NCBI GenBank assembly: GCA_965203905.1
Contig: CBDBDQ010000005.1
Location: forward strand, 7,721,192 to 7,785,191
Length of the DNA stretch: 64,000 nucleotides
Source: Spirochaetia bacterium
GTDB taxonomy: Bacteria; Spirochaetota; Spirochaetia; SZUA-6; Bin103
Direction: 5' to 3'
Shown: positions 8,720 to 19,381 of the stretch, piece by piece
Position numbering within the stretch: the stretch's first letter is position 1
How the letters are laid out: each line of letters starts with the position of its first letter
Position numbers and translations under genes: made by a program
The notes under the pieces: generated by a model
Database searches by the model: none
Told to the model about the DNA's origin: nothing
What the model saw: the letters and a program-made list of their open reading frames with translations, nothing else

Positions 8720-10183
8720 ATGCTGGGGATGGATCGCGTATACGTTATCAGACACAAGTGGCACCAAGAAGGGCTGTCGATCCGCCAGATAGCCCGTGAC
8801 CTGGAGATAAGCCGGAACACGGTGCGCAAGTACATCGACGATGCCGGCGGGCCGCGGCAGCCGGCGCGGTCGAAGCGGGCGCGGCCGGTGCTGGAGAAGG
8901 TACACGAGCGGATCGACGAGATCCTGGAGGAGTGGAGTACGCGCACCACCGACAAGCAGCGCGTCACCGGGACGCTGGTGCATCGCCAACTCCGCGAGGA
9001 GGGGTACGAGGTGGGCAGCACGACGGTGCGCTCCTACTTGGCGGAGCGGCGCCGGAAGCGGCAGGAAGTGTTTGTGCCGCTGATCTGGCGTCCCGGCGAC
9101 GCGGCGCAGGTGGACTTCTTCGAGGTCACCGTCGAGGTCGCGGGGGAGCGGCAGAAGGCGTGGTTGTTCGTGGTGCACCTGATGTACTCGGGGCGCGACT
9201 TCGCGTGGCTGTACGAGCGCTGCAACCAGATCGCGTTTCTGGACGGCCATGTGCGCGCCTTCGAGCACTTCGGCGGGGTGTCGGTGCGCTGCATCTACGA
9301 CAATCTCAAGGCGGCGGTGAAACGGAGGCTGGGGGTGGAACGGGAACTGAGCGCTCGGTTCCTGGCGTTGTGCTCGCACTACCTGTTCGAGCCGTGCTTC
9401 GCGCGCCCAGGCGAGGGGCATGACAAGGGCGGGGTGGAAGCGCGCGGCAAGAACGTGCGCCTGCAGCACCTGACGCCGATTCCCGGTGGCCCATCGTTGG
9501 ATGCGATCGCGACCGAACTGCTGGAGCACCTGGACGCGGCCTGCGACACGCGCGCTGACCAGGACGGTCGCACCGTGGCACAGCGTTTCAGCGAGGAGCG
9601 CCCCTTGTTGCGCCCGCTGCCGCAGCGATCATTCGAGGCCCGCCAGGTCGAGCCGGTGGCGGTGAGCCGCCAGGCGCTGGTGCGGGTGGACGGCGCGCGC
9701 TACTCGGTGCCCAGTCACTGGAGCGGCAGCCAGGCGACCGCCTACGTGGGGGTGGCGGACATCATCCTGGAGTGGCGCCAGGAACGGATCACGGTCGCCA
9801 AGCAGCCGCGCGGCACGCGCGCGGTCCAGTATCGGCACTATCTGGACGAGTTGGCGAAGAAACCGCAGGCGGTGCGCCAGGTGGCACCCGAGCTGATGGA
9901 GGAGCTTGGTACTCCCTACGTGCGGCTGTGGAAGCTGCTGTCTTCCCGCTACGGCGAGCTGGATGCCGCGCGGGTCGTCGCCAAGCTGGTCGGCGCCATC
10001 GTCGACCATGGCGAGCAACGGATCAGTGAGATCCTCGAGCAGATACTCGCCGCGCCACCGCCCGTGGCGACCGAGGACAACCCGCCGCCGGCCACGGTGC
10101 CGGTGCCGGTCGCCCTGCAGCGCTATCAGGTGGAGTCGACTCCTGCATCGGCCTACAACGTCCTGATGGTGAGGGAGGACTGA
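8720..10183 (+). CDS. istA: IS21 transposase IstA
   Basis: N-terminal HTH SIRQIAR...[27 protein letters not shown] motifs. Confidence 0.93.
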   Translation: MLGMDRVYVIRHKWHQEGLSIRQIARDLEISRNTVRKYIDDAGGPRQPARSKRARPVLEKVHERIDEILEEWSTRTTDKQRVTGTLVHRQLREEGYEVGSTTVRSYLAERRRKRQEVFVPLIWRPGDAAQVDFFEVTVEVAGERQKAWLFVVHLMYSGRDFAWLYERCNQIAFLDGHVRAFEHFGGVSVRCIYDNLKAAVKRRLGVERELSARFLALCSHYLFEPCFARPGEGHDKGGVEARGKNVRLQHLTPIPGGPSLDAIATELLEHLDAACDTRADQDGRTVAQRFSEERPLLRPLPQRSFEARQVEPVAVSRQALVRVDGARYSVPSHWSGSQATAYVGVADIILEWRQERITVAKQPRGTRAVQYRHYLDELAKKPQAVRQVAPELMEELGTPYVRLWKLLSSRYGELDAARVVAKLVGAIVDHGEQRISEILEQILAAPPPVATEDNPPPATVPVPVALQRYQVESTPASAYNVLMVRED

Positions 10184-10184
10184 T

Positions 10185-10961
10185 ATGAGCGAACTGAACG
10201 ATGCGCTGATCGAAGAGCACTCCAAGACTCTCAAGCTGCCGGCGCTGCGACGTGAGTACGGTCAGCTCGCCCGCCAGGCGCGCGCCGAATCCTGGTCCTA
10301 CGAGGAATACCTGCGCGAGTTGTTGGACGGCGAGGTCCGCGCCCGCGAAGCCAGCACCACAGCACGCCGGCTGCGCGAAGCACGGTTCCCGGACCTCAAG
10401 ACCCTCGGCCAGATCGACTGGACTGCCATGGAGGGCGTCTCCAAGCAGCAGATCCTCGAATTGGCAACCTGCCAGTTCGTCGAACAGCCCGCGGACGTGG
10501 TCATCGCCGGGCCGATCGGCACGGGCAAATCGCATCTCGCGATCGCCCTCGGCGTCGAAGCCGCCCAGCGGCGCTTCCGGGTGCTGTTCGTGAAAGCGGC
10601 CGACCTGGTCCGACAACTCCTGGAAGCCAGGGATGACCGCGAACTCGGTCGTCTCCAGCTCCGGTTGCGCCGAGTGAACCTGTTGATTATCGACGAGTTG
10701 GGGTTTGTCCCCTTTGACCGCGCCGGCGGCGAGCTGTTGTTCAACCTCGTCGCCGATCGCTACGAACGACGCTCGACCATCGTCACCACCAATCTCGCCT
10801 TCGGCGAGTGGGTCAGCGTGTTCGCCGATGAGAAGCTCACCACCGCGCTGTTGGACCGGCTCGGTCACCACGCACACATCATCACCACCAAGGGCCTCTC
10901 CTACCGCACCGCTGCCCGGCGCCGCGGCGCCGCCAGCGAGGCCGAAGAGCCCGACAACTGA
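10185..10961 (+). CDS. istB: IS21 helper ATPase IstB
   Basis: [28 protein letters not shown] motifs. Confidence 0.95.
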   Translation: MSELNDALIEEHSKTLKLPALRREYGQLARQARAESWSYEEYLRELLDGEVRAREASTTARRLREARFPDLKTLGQIDWTAMEGVSKQQILELATCQFVEQPADVVIAGPIGTGKSHLAIALGVEAAQRRFRVLFVKAADLVRQLLEARDDRELGRLQLRLRRVNLLIIDELGFVPFDRAGGELLFNLVADRYERRSTIVTTNLAFGEWVSVFADEKLTTALLDRLGHHAHIITTKGLSYRTAARRRGAASEAEEPDN

Positions 10962-11270
10962 TCCGTGGGGGCGGTGTGATGCCCGTGCGCACTGCATATC
11001 TGCATATCGACGGCCGCCGCCAAGCGAGGTCGCTCTCAGCGGCCCTCCAAGGCCCCGCCGCGAGCCAAGGTGGAACTCCTACACCCCCGTGTTCTGCATA
11101 ATCATGCAACCAAAAACGAACTTATCCACATTTCCACAGGCACTCTCGACCCCTCCCCCAGACCCCCTCCCCATTTACCGCCGCCTCCGCTATAGTTCCT
11201 CTGCACTGCCGGGGTGGGTCAATTCCCGACCGGCATTCTGGCTCAATTCTCGAGCGGCGCGCGCACATCC

Positions 11271-11426
11271 ACAGCCGGCGCTCGTCGACCTGGTCGGCCG
11301 CGTTCCGGGCGCGCCTCCGGAACTGCCGCCGGCGCATGCACACCCGTGGCGCCACGGGTGGAGGGCCCGGTGCATCCGGCGTGACACCCCGGGAGGTGCC
11401 GGTCGGCCGCACATCCATGGGTCGGC
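11271..11426 (+). repeat. Dispersed repeat, copy A (also includes 8571-8600; split by IS21)
   Basis: After removing IS21, a 78-bp core matches 16701-16778 in reverse with one mismatch; looser similarity extends to 11426. Confidence 0.85.
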
Positions 11427-11579
11427 ACGGCGGTGGCGAAGCCAAAGGAGGCCGGCACCGGGGCGATCGAGCGGGAAGACATCTGGGGCCGATCCGTCGC
11501 ACCTCGCCTTGCTGACCTGGCTGGACGGCCGCCCGGGCGCAGGCGCGTGCACACCTGCGCTGCCGCAGGCGGGCCTTCC

Positions 11580-12510
11580 TTAAACCGACCCGGCGGCTCC
11601 GGCACCGAGGCGACCACCGCCCCTCAACCTCGGATCAAGCAGGTCCCGCAGGGCGTCGCCGAACATGTTTAGACTGTAAACGGTAATAGTCAGGCAAAGA
11701 CCCGGCCAGAGAGCCAGGTGTGGCGCCTGCTCCATGTATTTACGCCCTTCCCGGCTGAGCAGAGCTCCCCACTCAGCAATCTGGATTGGCAGACCGAATC
11801 CGAGGAAGCTCAGAGAAGCTATACTCAGGATTACGCCTCCGATGTTGATGCTGAATATGATGATTACGACAGGAATAATATTGGGCACGACATGTCGCAC
11901 AAATATTCTCCATCTTGAGCTACCAATCGCCTCCGCCGCCTGAACATACACGTTCTCCTTTATGCCAATAACGGCGCCTCTGACTATTCTTGAGCCGCCG
12001 ATGCCTCCGGCTATCCCCAGGACCAGTATCATCTGTGGCACACCCCGCCCCACCAGCGACATTATGGTTAACAACAGGAGCAGTCCCGGGAAACACATCC
12101 AGGCATCGACCAATCTCTGCACAGCCAGGTCCGATTTACCACCAAGGAATCCTGAAGTGCCACCTATCAGGGTAGCGACGACAACATTAACACCGGTCGC
12201 GGCCAGACCGACAAGTAACGAAATACGAGCACCGTAGATAATGCGGCTCAAGAAGTCTCGCCCCAGCTGGTCGGTACCCAGCAGATACTGGGCTGATGAG
12301 CCCCTGCAGCATGTCGTACAGGTGCATTTCATCATATGGATAAGGAGCCAGAACATCGGCAAAGATAGCGACAAAAATCAATATCAATACAATAATCCCG
12401 CAGGCAGTACCCAGTGGCTTCTCCTTCCACATCCTGGTAAAGAAATCAGCCACCGCGTTGCGTCTCTTTGGCTCGCTTACTGTTGATGGTATCCTTGTGA
12501 TATCACTCAT
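11580..12510 (-). CDS. Peptide/nickel ABC permease (DppC-like), frameshift in G-run near 12301
   Basis: LGTDQLGRD...IYGARISL, YVQAAEAIG, RHVVPN, GDALRDLLDP; two ORFs joined by removing one base. Confidence 0.85.
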
Positions 12511-12528
12511 AATCCCGATTTTCCTCCT

Positions 12529-13527
12529 TTATCTATAACCGACCCTGGGGTCTATATAGGGATAAATCAGGTCGATCATTAGATTGGCCCCCATAACCAC
12601 GACGGCGAAAAAGAGATTTACCCCGGAGACCACCGGGTAGTCTCTGCCTTCGAGGGCAACCACCATGAGACGACCCAACCCCGGAAGGTTGAATATGTTC
12701 TCCATGATGACCGAACCACCTATCAGGATCGGCAACTGCAGGCCTATCAGGGTAACTATCGGGATGAGGGCATTTTTGACGGCGTGTCTGATTATGATTA
12801 CCCGCTCCTTGAGGCCCTTAGACCAGGCGGTCCTGATATAGTCCTGCCTTAAGACCTCCAGCATCATGGTGCGCGTCAGCCGCATTGTTATCGCAGCCAT
12901 GCCCGTCCCCAGAATCACGCTGGGAATGATGAACACCCCCAGATTCCCCAGCGGGTCTTCCGTGAAAGGAATCGGTTCCATTGGTGGCGTCCAGCCCCAC
13001 CAGAGTGCCGGGTAGAGCATGACCATCAGTGCCAGCCAGAAGTTGGGAGTTGCCATGCCGATGATGGCGATGGAGCGCCCCAGGTAGTCGGCGGCGGTAT
13101 CCTGGCGAATCGCCGAGTAGATGCCGACTGGCAGGGCTATCAGCAGCCCGATTACGATTGCCATGAAACCAAGCTCAATGGTGATCGGCAATCTACCGAA
13201 TATACTGTCCTCTACCGCCTCCTGGCGGTGATGCAGTGACCGGCCAAGGGTGCCCTGGAGGAGACCGTTGTAGCGGGACTCACCGGTAACCCAGTCAGGG
13301 GTCGGCAACACTCCTATCCAGCGTCCATACTGCACGTGCACAGGCACGTCCAATCCCAGCATATGCTCCAGCGCTTCACGGTCTACCTCACGACCCGTGA
13401 CATCCTTACCCAACATTGCGTCTATTGTATCGCCGGGGATGAAGCGGACGGAGAGAAAGACCAGGGTGCTCAATATAAACAAGGTGGGGACTATCAGCAA
13501 TAACCGCCTGATAATATAGGCTCTCAT
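12529..13527 (-). CDS. Peptide/nickel ABC permease (DppB-like)
   Basis: YIIRRLL, PGD, DYIRTAWSKGL, RHAVKNA, RDYPVV. Confidence 0.92.
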   Translation of the reverse strand: MRAYIIRRLLLIVPTLFILSTLVFLSVRFIPGDTIDAMLGKDVTGREVDREALEHMLGLDVPVHVQYGRWIGVLPTPDWVTGESRYNGLLQGTLGRSLHHRQEAVEDSIFGRLPITIELGFMAIVIGLLIALPVGIYSAIRQDTAADYLGRSIAIIGMATPNFWLALMVMLYPALWWGWTPPMEPIPFTEDPLGNLGVFIIPSVILGTGMAAITMRLTRTMMLEVLRQDYIRTAWSKGLKERVIIIRHAVKNALIPIVTLIGLQLPILIGGSVIMENIFNLPGLGRLMVVALEGRDYPVVSGVNLFFAVVVMGANLMIDLIYPYIDPRVGYR

Positions 13528-13542
13528 GTCACACTACTCCTT

Positions 13543-13592
13543 GTCATTGCGGCGAAGAACCTGCCCCGGAATGGATCCGGGGCCGCAATCCA
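13543..13592. repeat. REP-like palindromic element between binding-protein and permease genes
   Basis: GTCATTGCGG...GCCCCGGAATGGATCCGGGGC...CGCAATC nested inverted repeats. Confidence 0.5.
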
Positions 13593-13624
13593 GAGTAATT
13601 TCAAATGGTGCGTTTTCTGTATTC

Positions 13625-13672
13625 GGAACCGGGAGGCTGTCGCCTGCAGGCGCGCCTCCCGGTTCCCTTTTT
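13625..13672. terminator. GC-rich hairpin downstream of binding-protein gene
   Basis: GGAACCGGGAGGC...GCCTCCCGGTTCC 13-bp stem with adjacent T-run on + strand. Confidence 0.55.
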
Positions 13673-13688
13673 CCCCTGAGATCAGCCG

Positions 13689-15471
13689 CTAATGACCCAT
13701 TGCTTCCTTCAGCTCACTATCAATCCAGAGGAAGGTAAAGAGGGTATGCACTTCAAAGCCGCCCAAGCGATTTTCTCCGTTATAGCCTATGAGCCAGGGC
13801 TGGGCCAAATGAAACACTGGACTCTTTGGACCCCATATCTGGAAGTGGTTCTCTATCGCGTACATATCTGCCTCTGCAATCAGCCTCTGCTGCTCCTCAA
13901 TGGTAGGAGCGGCTAGGGCGGCTTCAATGATGGCGTCCAACTCAGGCCACTGGTGTCCGCCGCGGTTCCACTGTGCGTTCGAGTGATACCGGCCTACAAA
14001 CATGGCAGGGTCATAAGCGGCGCCCGCAATGGCACTGATCATGCCTTCATAATTACGCGAGAATAGCCTCTCGTGATATTCGGGGTTGTCCAGTGCATCA
14101 ATCTCAACATCGACGCCAATCTCAGCCCAGTAGGAGGCAGCTATTTCTGCATATTCTAAGGTTGCCCAAGCCCCGTAAGTCAATGAGGTCTTGAATCTAG
14201 TGTCGTCGGCGCCGCGCGGATATCCAGCCGCATCAAGGAGCTTCTCGGCTGCTTCCGGGTCATACCTGTAGTATTGCTTGACCTCTTCGGGCCACTCTTC
14301 AAATGGGATGTAATACCCTTTATTCGCTATCCGTCCCATAGGTGTCGCATCTGCCTGACCCTTCCAGAGCGTGGCCGCAATGGTCTCGTTGTCCAGCGCC
14401 ATCTGCATTGCGCGGACCACGTTGATGTCGTTAAAGGGCGGCACGCGATGGTTAGGAGCAAAAGAATCACTCGACCGAGACCAAAGCGTGTGCACCGCGA
14501 TTTCGGGGTTGGTCCGCTGCAGGCTCATTACCGAGTTCATATCAGTAACCCACTCTTTGAGATCAATCTTGCCTGAGCGTAGTGCTGCCATGGTTGTTGC
14601 TTCCTCTGGAATAATCAGGACCCTGTGCTCGTCGACGTATGGCAAGCGGTTCTGCGGGTATTTTGGGTCGAAGCCCCAGTAGTCAGGATTCTTGGTATAG
14701 GTCCTAGAGCTGCCCAACACCCACTCAGTCAGCATAAAGGGCCCGGTGCCGACCAGGTTCCTCCAGTCCATATCGACGCCATGTTGCTCGATTACCTCGG
14801 GGGGCATTATGTAAGCAAAGTCGTCGAGGAGGATAAGCCCCAGCGCAGGGAGGTATGGCTTCGCCAGCTTAATAACAACCGTCGATTTGTCGGTGGCCGT
14901 TACCGATTCCCATGGTATTGCGATGAGTGCGGCGGCGGGACCAAAGGCGCTAGGTCCTGCTTCGGAGAACTTGCCCAGACCCAACATACGGTGAAAGCTG
15001 TATTCGACATCATCGGCGGTCATCTCCCGACCGTTCATCGGCGCCTTATTATGCCATTGAACGCCCTTGCGGATGTGGAATGTATAGGTGAGGCCGTCCG
15101 GGGAAACATCCCACTTTTCAGCCAGCCTCCCTGTCACGAAAGACACAGGGAGGAACGATTTTAAAGTCATGTACGTCTCTATCTACTCCCCAGTTGCCGA
15201 TACCAAGCTTCTCTACGACGCCCGAGATGGTTAGGGACGAGTACCCGACATAGGGGTCAGCAGGGAAATCCTGAGGACTTGGTACGGCCTTGGTTATTGT
15301 CCCGCCATACTGTGGCGCCGTTACCATCATGCCGGTGGTCGGGTCGAGCACCATTTCCTTCTCGGCGGCGGACGCCGGCTCCTCCTCGCTGGCAGCGCCG
15401 GCCCACAGGCCGGTTGCGGTCAGGTTGAGGACCAACGCAACCGCGAAGGTCCTTGCAAGAAATATCTTCAT
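13689..15471 (-). CDS. ABC transporter family 5 substrate-binding protein, frameshift in A-run near 15161
   Basis: Signal peptide, PQYGGT, LAEKWDVSPDGLTYTFHIRKGV, VGTGPF; ORFs 15118-15471 and 13689-15170 join by one-base deletion. Confidence 0.88.
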
Positions 15472-15981
15472 CGTTTCTTCCTTGAATGTTATTTCGAGAG
15501 TATTGCATTGCGGGTTGCCGCTCCGGCTACTCTGACGCCCGCAACGCGGGCGCGCCCGCCAAGGCGGGCCACCGGTCTGAGTCGATTTGTGACGCGCGCA
15601 GCGTGTGACTCATCCGGGTTCACCCCGGGCTCACGCCGCGCGCGCCCAGGGCTCTTTGAGTATCATTCGAGCCTCCTTCTTCTCTAGATCTACGTCGGGA
15701 TCTGCGTTACAACGCCACGCGTGGCGGTGGTCTGAGCAGCAGTGAGTCTGAATGGCCGCCAACGCAGGCGGTGGGTTTTGCGCGCAGTTAGTAGCAGGCG
15801 GGGATCCGGCACCGTTGCAGTCGACCGGAAGGGTGCGGGCGGTCTTAATGCCGGTTCGGCGATGGACCGAGCCGGCACCACCGATAGCTGCAGCGGTGGT
15901 GAAGGCGACGGTGTGCGCGGGGGCACGTACGCGGCGATCAGACGGAACGGTTAATTGTTGCTCTAATAAAGAATTGCCCGC

Positions 15982-16005
15982 GGGGGGGAGGGGGGGGGGG
16001 GGGGG
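15982..16005 (+). repeat. Poly-G tract (G7-A-G16)
   Basis: Directly visible. Confidence 0.9.
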
Positions 16006-16027
16006 ATGCACCGGTCGCTTCACAGCG

Positions 16028-16543
16028 AACCGGTCACTGCGCTGCCTATCATCATGGCGCGTCATCGGCATCCGTCGCCCCAAGCCAGACATGGTAGCGT
16101 GGGCGCGACCACCCTGTCAACGACTCGGACGTCACCGACGTCACCGAATATGACCGGCCACCGGCCACTGCGCTGCCTGTCGTCATCGCGCGTCATCATC
16201 GATCCGTCGAACCCCAGGCGAGGCAAGCATGCTGTGGACGCGACCACCCTGTCAACGACTCCGAGGTCACCGAACGTCATCGCCAACCGACCACTGCGCT
16301 GACTGTCATGATGGCGCTCCATCCGCGTCTGATCAACCCGAATCACCATCTTCCGCGGGCGACTCAGAAAAGTCAACGGCGATTCTAGCCTCGTGCACCT
16401 TGCCACGCCCGGCTCTGCGATCGGCTGAACTTGCGCGCCTCACCCCTAACCAGTCACTGCGCTGGCGGTCGTCGTGACGCGTCATCTGCATTCGCCGAAC
16501 CCCTAACGGTGCTGTCTCTCGCGAGCGCGGCCACCCTGTCAAC
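16028..16543 (-). repeat. Four degenerate tandem units, starts spaced about 125-165 bp
   Basis: ACCRRYCACTGCGCTG motif near 16028, 16160, 16285, 16448; GCGRCCACCCTGTCAAC in three units. Confidence 0.85.
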
Positions 16544-16546
16544 AGC

Positions 16547-16784
16547 GCCGACCCGTGGGTGCGCGGCCGACCCGCAGCCGGGGCGGTATCACGCCGGATG
16601 AACAGCGACCTCCAGCCGTGGCGCCCACCCTGCCGCCACGGCTGGCATGTAGCTCCCGGCCCGCGACAGGGACATCGTGGGCTGGGAGCGGTTGTTGCTA
16701 TTCCGGAGGCGCGCCCGGAACGCGGCCGATCAGGTCGACGAGCGCCGGCTGTGGATGGGCGTGACCTGGCCGGTCAGCTCGAAG
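16547..16784 (-). repeat. Dispersed repeat, copy B (uninterrupted, inverted relative to copy A)
   Basis: Matches 8571-8600 plus 11271-11426; contains a single CATCC. Confidence 0.85.
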
Positions 16785-17319
16785 TGGCGCCTGGGCACCG
16801 CATTGTCGCCGCATCATCGGGCACCGCAGACCGACGGCGGGCAAACGCCAGCCAACCGCGAGCTGACGCGCGCGAGTCGATTGCCGGTCGGTGTGGTCGG
16901 AGCCAGGATCGGGCGCACGCCGGTTGGGGGCCCCAAAAAAGAAAACCTTCGTCTCGTTCGCGTTGGCCACTGGGAGCTCGTGAAGGTCCCGATGGATCAA
17001 GCACCCTTTCTGCGCAGATGAATCTCGGGGACTGCTTCGAGCGCATCGGCCAGACGCCGGAGAAACGATAACGATAGATTGCGGTAATTGCCCGATTCGA
17101 CTCGGGCGATTGCGGGTTGAGATGTACCGACTCGTTCTGCGACCACTATTGATATTGCCGGTCAAGGAACCCCGCCGCGGCGTTGCGAGCGATAGGTCTC
17201 GGACTGCCTCCGGACTCACCCAGCTGGGGCGGAATGCTCAGCCGCGAGCGGCGGGCAGGCCACCGAGGTGAACGCTCGCCGGAACGGACGGCCCACTGCG
17301 GCATGGCCGTGGACCACGT

Positions 17320-17390
17320 GACACTTCCCGCCAGGTATTCGAGAACGTCGTAGACCGTGATGCGATCCCTCGAATGCACGGTCTGCCGAA
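17320..17390 (-). pseudogene. DUF433-like antitoxin fragment
   Basis: GRPCIRG-(frameshift)-RITVYDVLEYLAG signature. Confidence 0.65.
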
Positions 17391-17836
17391 CGCGGGACCA
17401 GATCAACGATTATGTGATCCAGGAGATCCTGATGGCATCTCAGGATATTTGAGATGGGGATTGGTGAACACGGCCACATGGGGGTCCCGTGTTGTCGGTC
17501 CAGGCCGAGATCAGCTTCATGTTCCCCGGACGCCTTCACCTCGGCACCGCCAACACTGAGCAAAGTCTCCCGCTTCGAGCGAGCGTCACTCTTGCGGACG
17601 TCGCCCTCTAGGCGACCTCCTTTCCTCTCAAGGGGCCTTGGGGCACAGTTCAGCGCGGCAGGCACCTGGCCCGGCCACGTAACCTGCCGCACCCCACCAC
17701 TCGGCGGCGAAGTCGGCGGGGTGCGCGGGGTTGCCGCTGCCGACGGCGAGGCCGATGGCTCCGCCGCTGGATAACTGACGCGCAGGCGACGCGCGGCGGT
17801 ACGCTCGGCACGCGGGGATCCGGCGATCGGGCCGGA

Positions 17837-18535
17837 CTACGCTGCGCGGCGGTAGATCCAGGCGTCCCAGGACAGGGTGTGGGCGGCGAAGATGCGACGG
17901 AATCCGGCGCTGGCGATGGCCGCGGCGGCGCGGTTCCAGTCGTGGTAGAAGGGGTGGAAGGAGCTGCGCAGCATCTTGAACACGGCGATGGCGAAGCGCC
18001 AAGTGGCTGCCACCAGCCAGTGGGAGCGCGGGACGACCACCGCGTAGAGGCGCTCGGTGCGTTGCAGCGATACCGCCAACAGGCGGTCCAGGTCGGGGTA
18101 GCAGCACAGCACCTTGTCCAGCACCACCAGCCCCGCGGGGGCCAGCTCCGCGGCGCGCTGCACGGCGTCTCCGACCAGAAACGCGGCCCGCCCGCCAAAT
18201 CCTTCGCGTTCCGCCGCCGCCTGCGCTTCGGCGATCATGCCGGCGGCCACGTCGATGCCGACGGCATCGGCCGCGCCGGCGGCGAGCACGCGGCGCTGCA
18301 ACTCGCCGGTGCCGCAGCCGATCTCCAGCACCGAAGCGCCGCCGACACCGGCCGCCTTCAGCCCGTCGAGTAGCTTGCGTTGCACGGCATCGAGCCCGCG
18401 GCGGCGGTAGCGGCGCGCCAGGCGCGTTGCCTCGCGAGAGAAGAAGCGGTCGGTGCCGGGACAGGGGCCGCCGCGCGAACGCTGCGAACGTCCCGCGCCT
18501 CCGACTCCGCCTCCAGCAGAGCAGCAGCACGCCAT
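17837..18535 (-). CDS. Class I SAM-dependent methyltransferase
   Basis: VLEIGCGTG motif I, GIDVAAGM, LDKVLCCYPD. Confidence 0.85.
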   Translation of the reverse strand: MACCCSAGGGVGGAGRSQRSRGGPCPGTDRFFSREATRLARRYRRRGLDAVQRKLLDGLKAAGVGGASVLEIGCGTGELQRRVLAAGAADAVGIDVAAGMIAEAQAAAEREGFGGRAAFLVGDAVQRAAELAPAGLVVLDKVLCCYPDLDRLLAVSLQRTERLYAVVVPRSHWLVAATWRFAIAVFKMLRSSFHPFYHDWNRAAAAIASAGFRRIFAAHTLSWDAWIYRRAA

Positions 18536-18580
18536 GCGCCCATTATGCTGCGTCTCGGCGGCCGCCGGAAGACCTGTTCG

Positions 18581-19381
18581 TCAGGCGGGGGTTTCCGGGA
18601 GCATCAGGCCGAAGCCGGCGCCCTGCGGGTCGTGCACGAAGGCGACCCGGCCTACCGTGGCGATATCCATCGCCGGCATGTGGACGCCGCCTCCCGCGGC
18701 GGTGACCGTTGCTACCGCGGCGTCCACGTCGGCGACCTGGAAGTAGACGCTCCAGTACGGCGGCACCTGCATCGCGCGCAGCTCGTCGGGCAGCGCCATG
18801 AGCCCGGCCGCCGGCATCCCCTCCGCCATCAGCACCGTGTATTCGACGCCGTGCTCCATGGTCTGACACTCGCTCTTCAGGCCGAGGAGATCGGTGTAGA
18901 AGGCGGCGGCGGCCGCGGGATCGGTCGTCATCAGCTCGCACCACGCCATGGCGCCGGGTTCGTACTTGACGCCGACGCCGATGTGGTTGCGCGGCTGCCA
19001 CAGCGCGACCACGGCACCGGTGGGATCGCTGAGCAGTGCCATGCGGCCCGACTCGAACACGTCGAACGGTTCCATCAACAGCGATCCGCCGAGCTCGCCG
19101 ACACGGCCCGCGGTCACGTCGACATCCGCCACGGTCAGGTACACGTTCCAGCACGGGGGAATGCCCCTGCTCCGCTGCTCCTCCTGCTGTGTCTGGATGG
19201 CCGCGGCCGAGGAGCCGTCGAGGCTCGCCATGCTGTATACCTGCTGGCCCGCTTCGTCCATCGGCATGTCCTCGTAGCTCCAGCCGAACAGCTCGCCGTA
19301 GAACGACTTGGCCGCCGCCTGGTCGGTCGTGGCCAGGTCGACCCAGGAGGGCGTACCGGGTACGTGTCGTTCGAATTTCAT
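18581..19381 (-). CDS. VOC/glyoxalase family protein, two domains
   Basis: PSWVDLATTD...FYGELFGW, DPTGA and WCELMTTD...DPQGA duplicated modules. Confidence 0.9.
   Translation of the reverse strand: MKFERHVPGTPSWVDLATTDQAAAKSFYGELFGWSYEDMPMDEAGQQVYSMASLDGSSAAAIQTQQEEQRSRGIPPCWNVYLTVADVDVTAGRVGELGGSLLMEPFDVFESGRMALLSDPTGAVVALWQPRNHIGVGVKYEPGAMAWCELMTTDPAAAAAFYTDLLGLKSECQTMEHGVEYTVLMAEGMPAAGLMALPDELRAMQVPPYWSVYFQVADVDAAVATVTAAGGGVHMPAMDIATVGRVAFVHDPQGAGFGLMLPETPA

Larger units (their letters stand above)
8601..11265 (+). mobile_element. IS21-family insertion sequence
   Basis: Ends TGCGCACGCCGCTCAGAAAGTGAGCCA and (revcomp) TGCGCGCGCCGCTCGAGAATTGAGCCA, internal AATTGACCCACCCC repeats, 5-bp CATCC duplication (8596-8600, 11266-11270). 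Confidence 0.93.

Noticed and set aside
16028-16543. CRISPR array
   Set aside because: Units are degenerate, 125-165 bp apart, spacers are partly homologous to each other, and no cas genes are present
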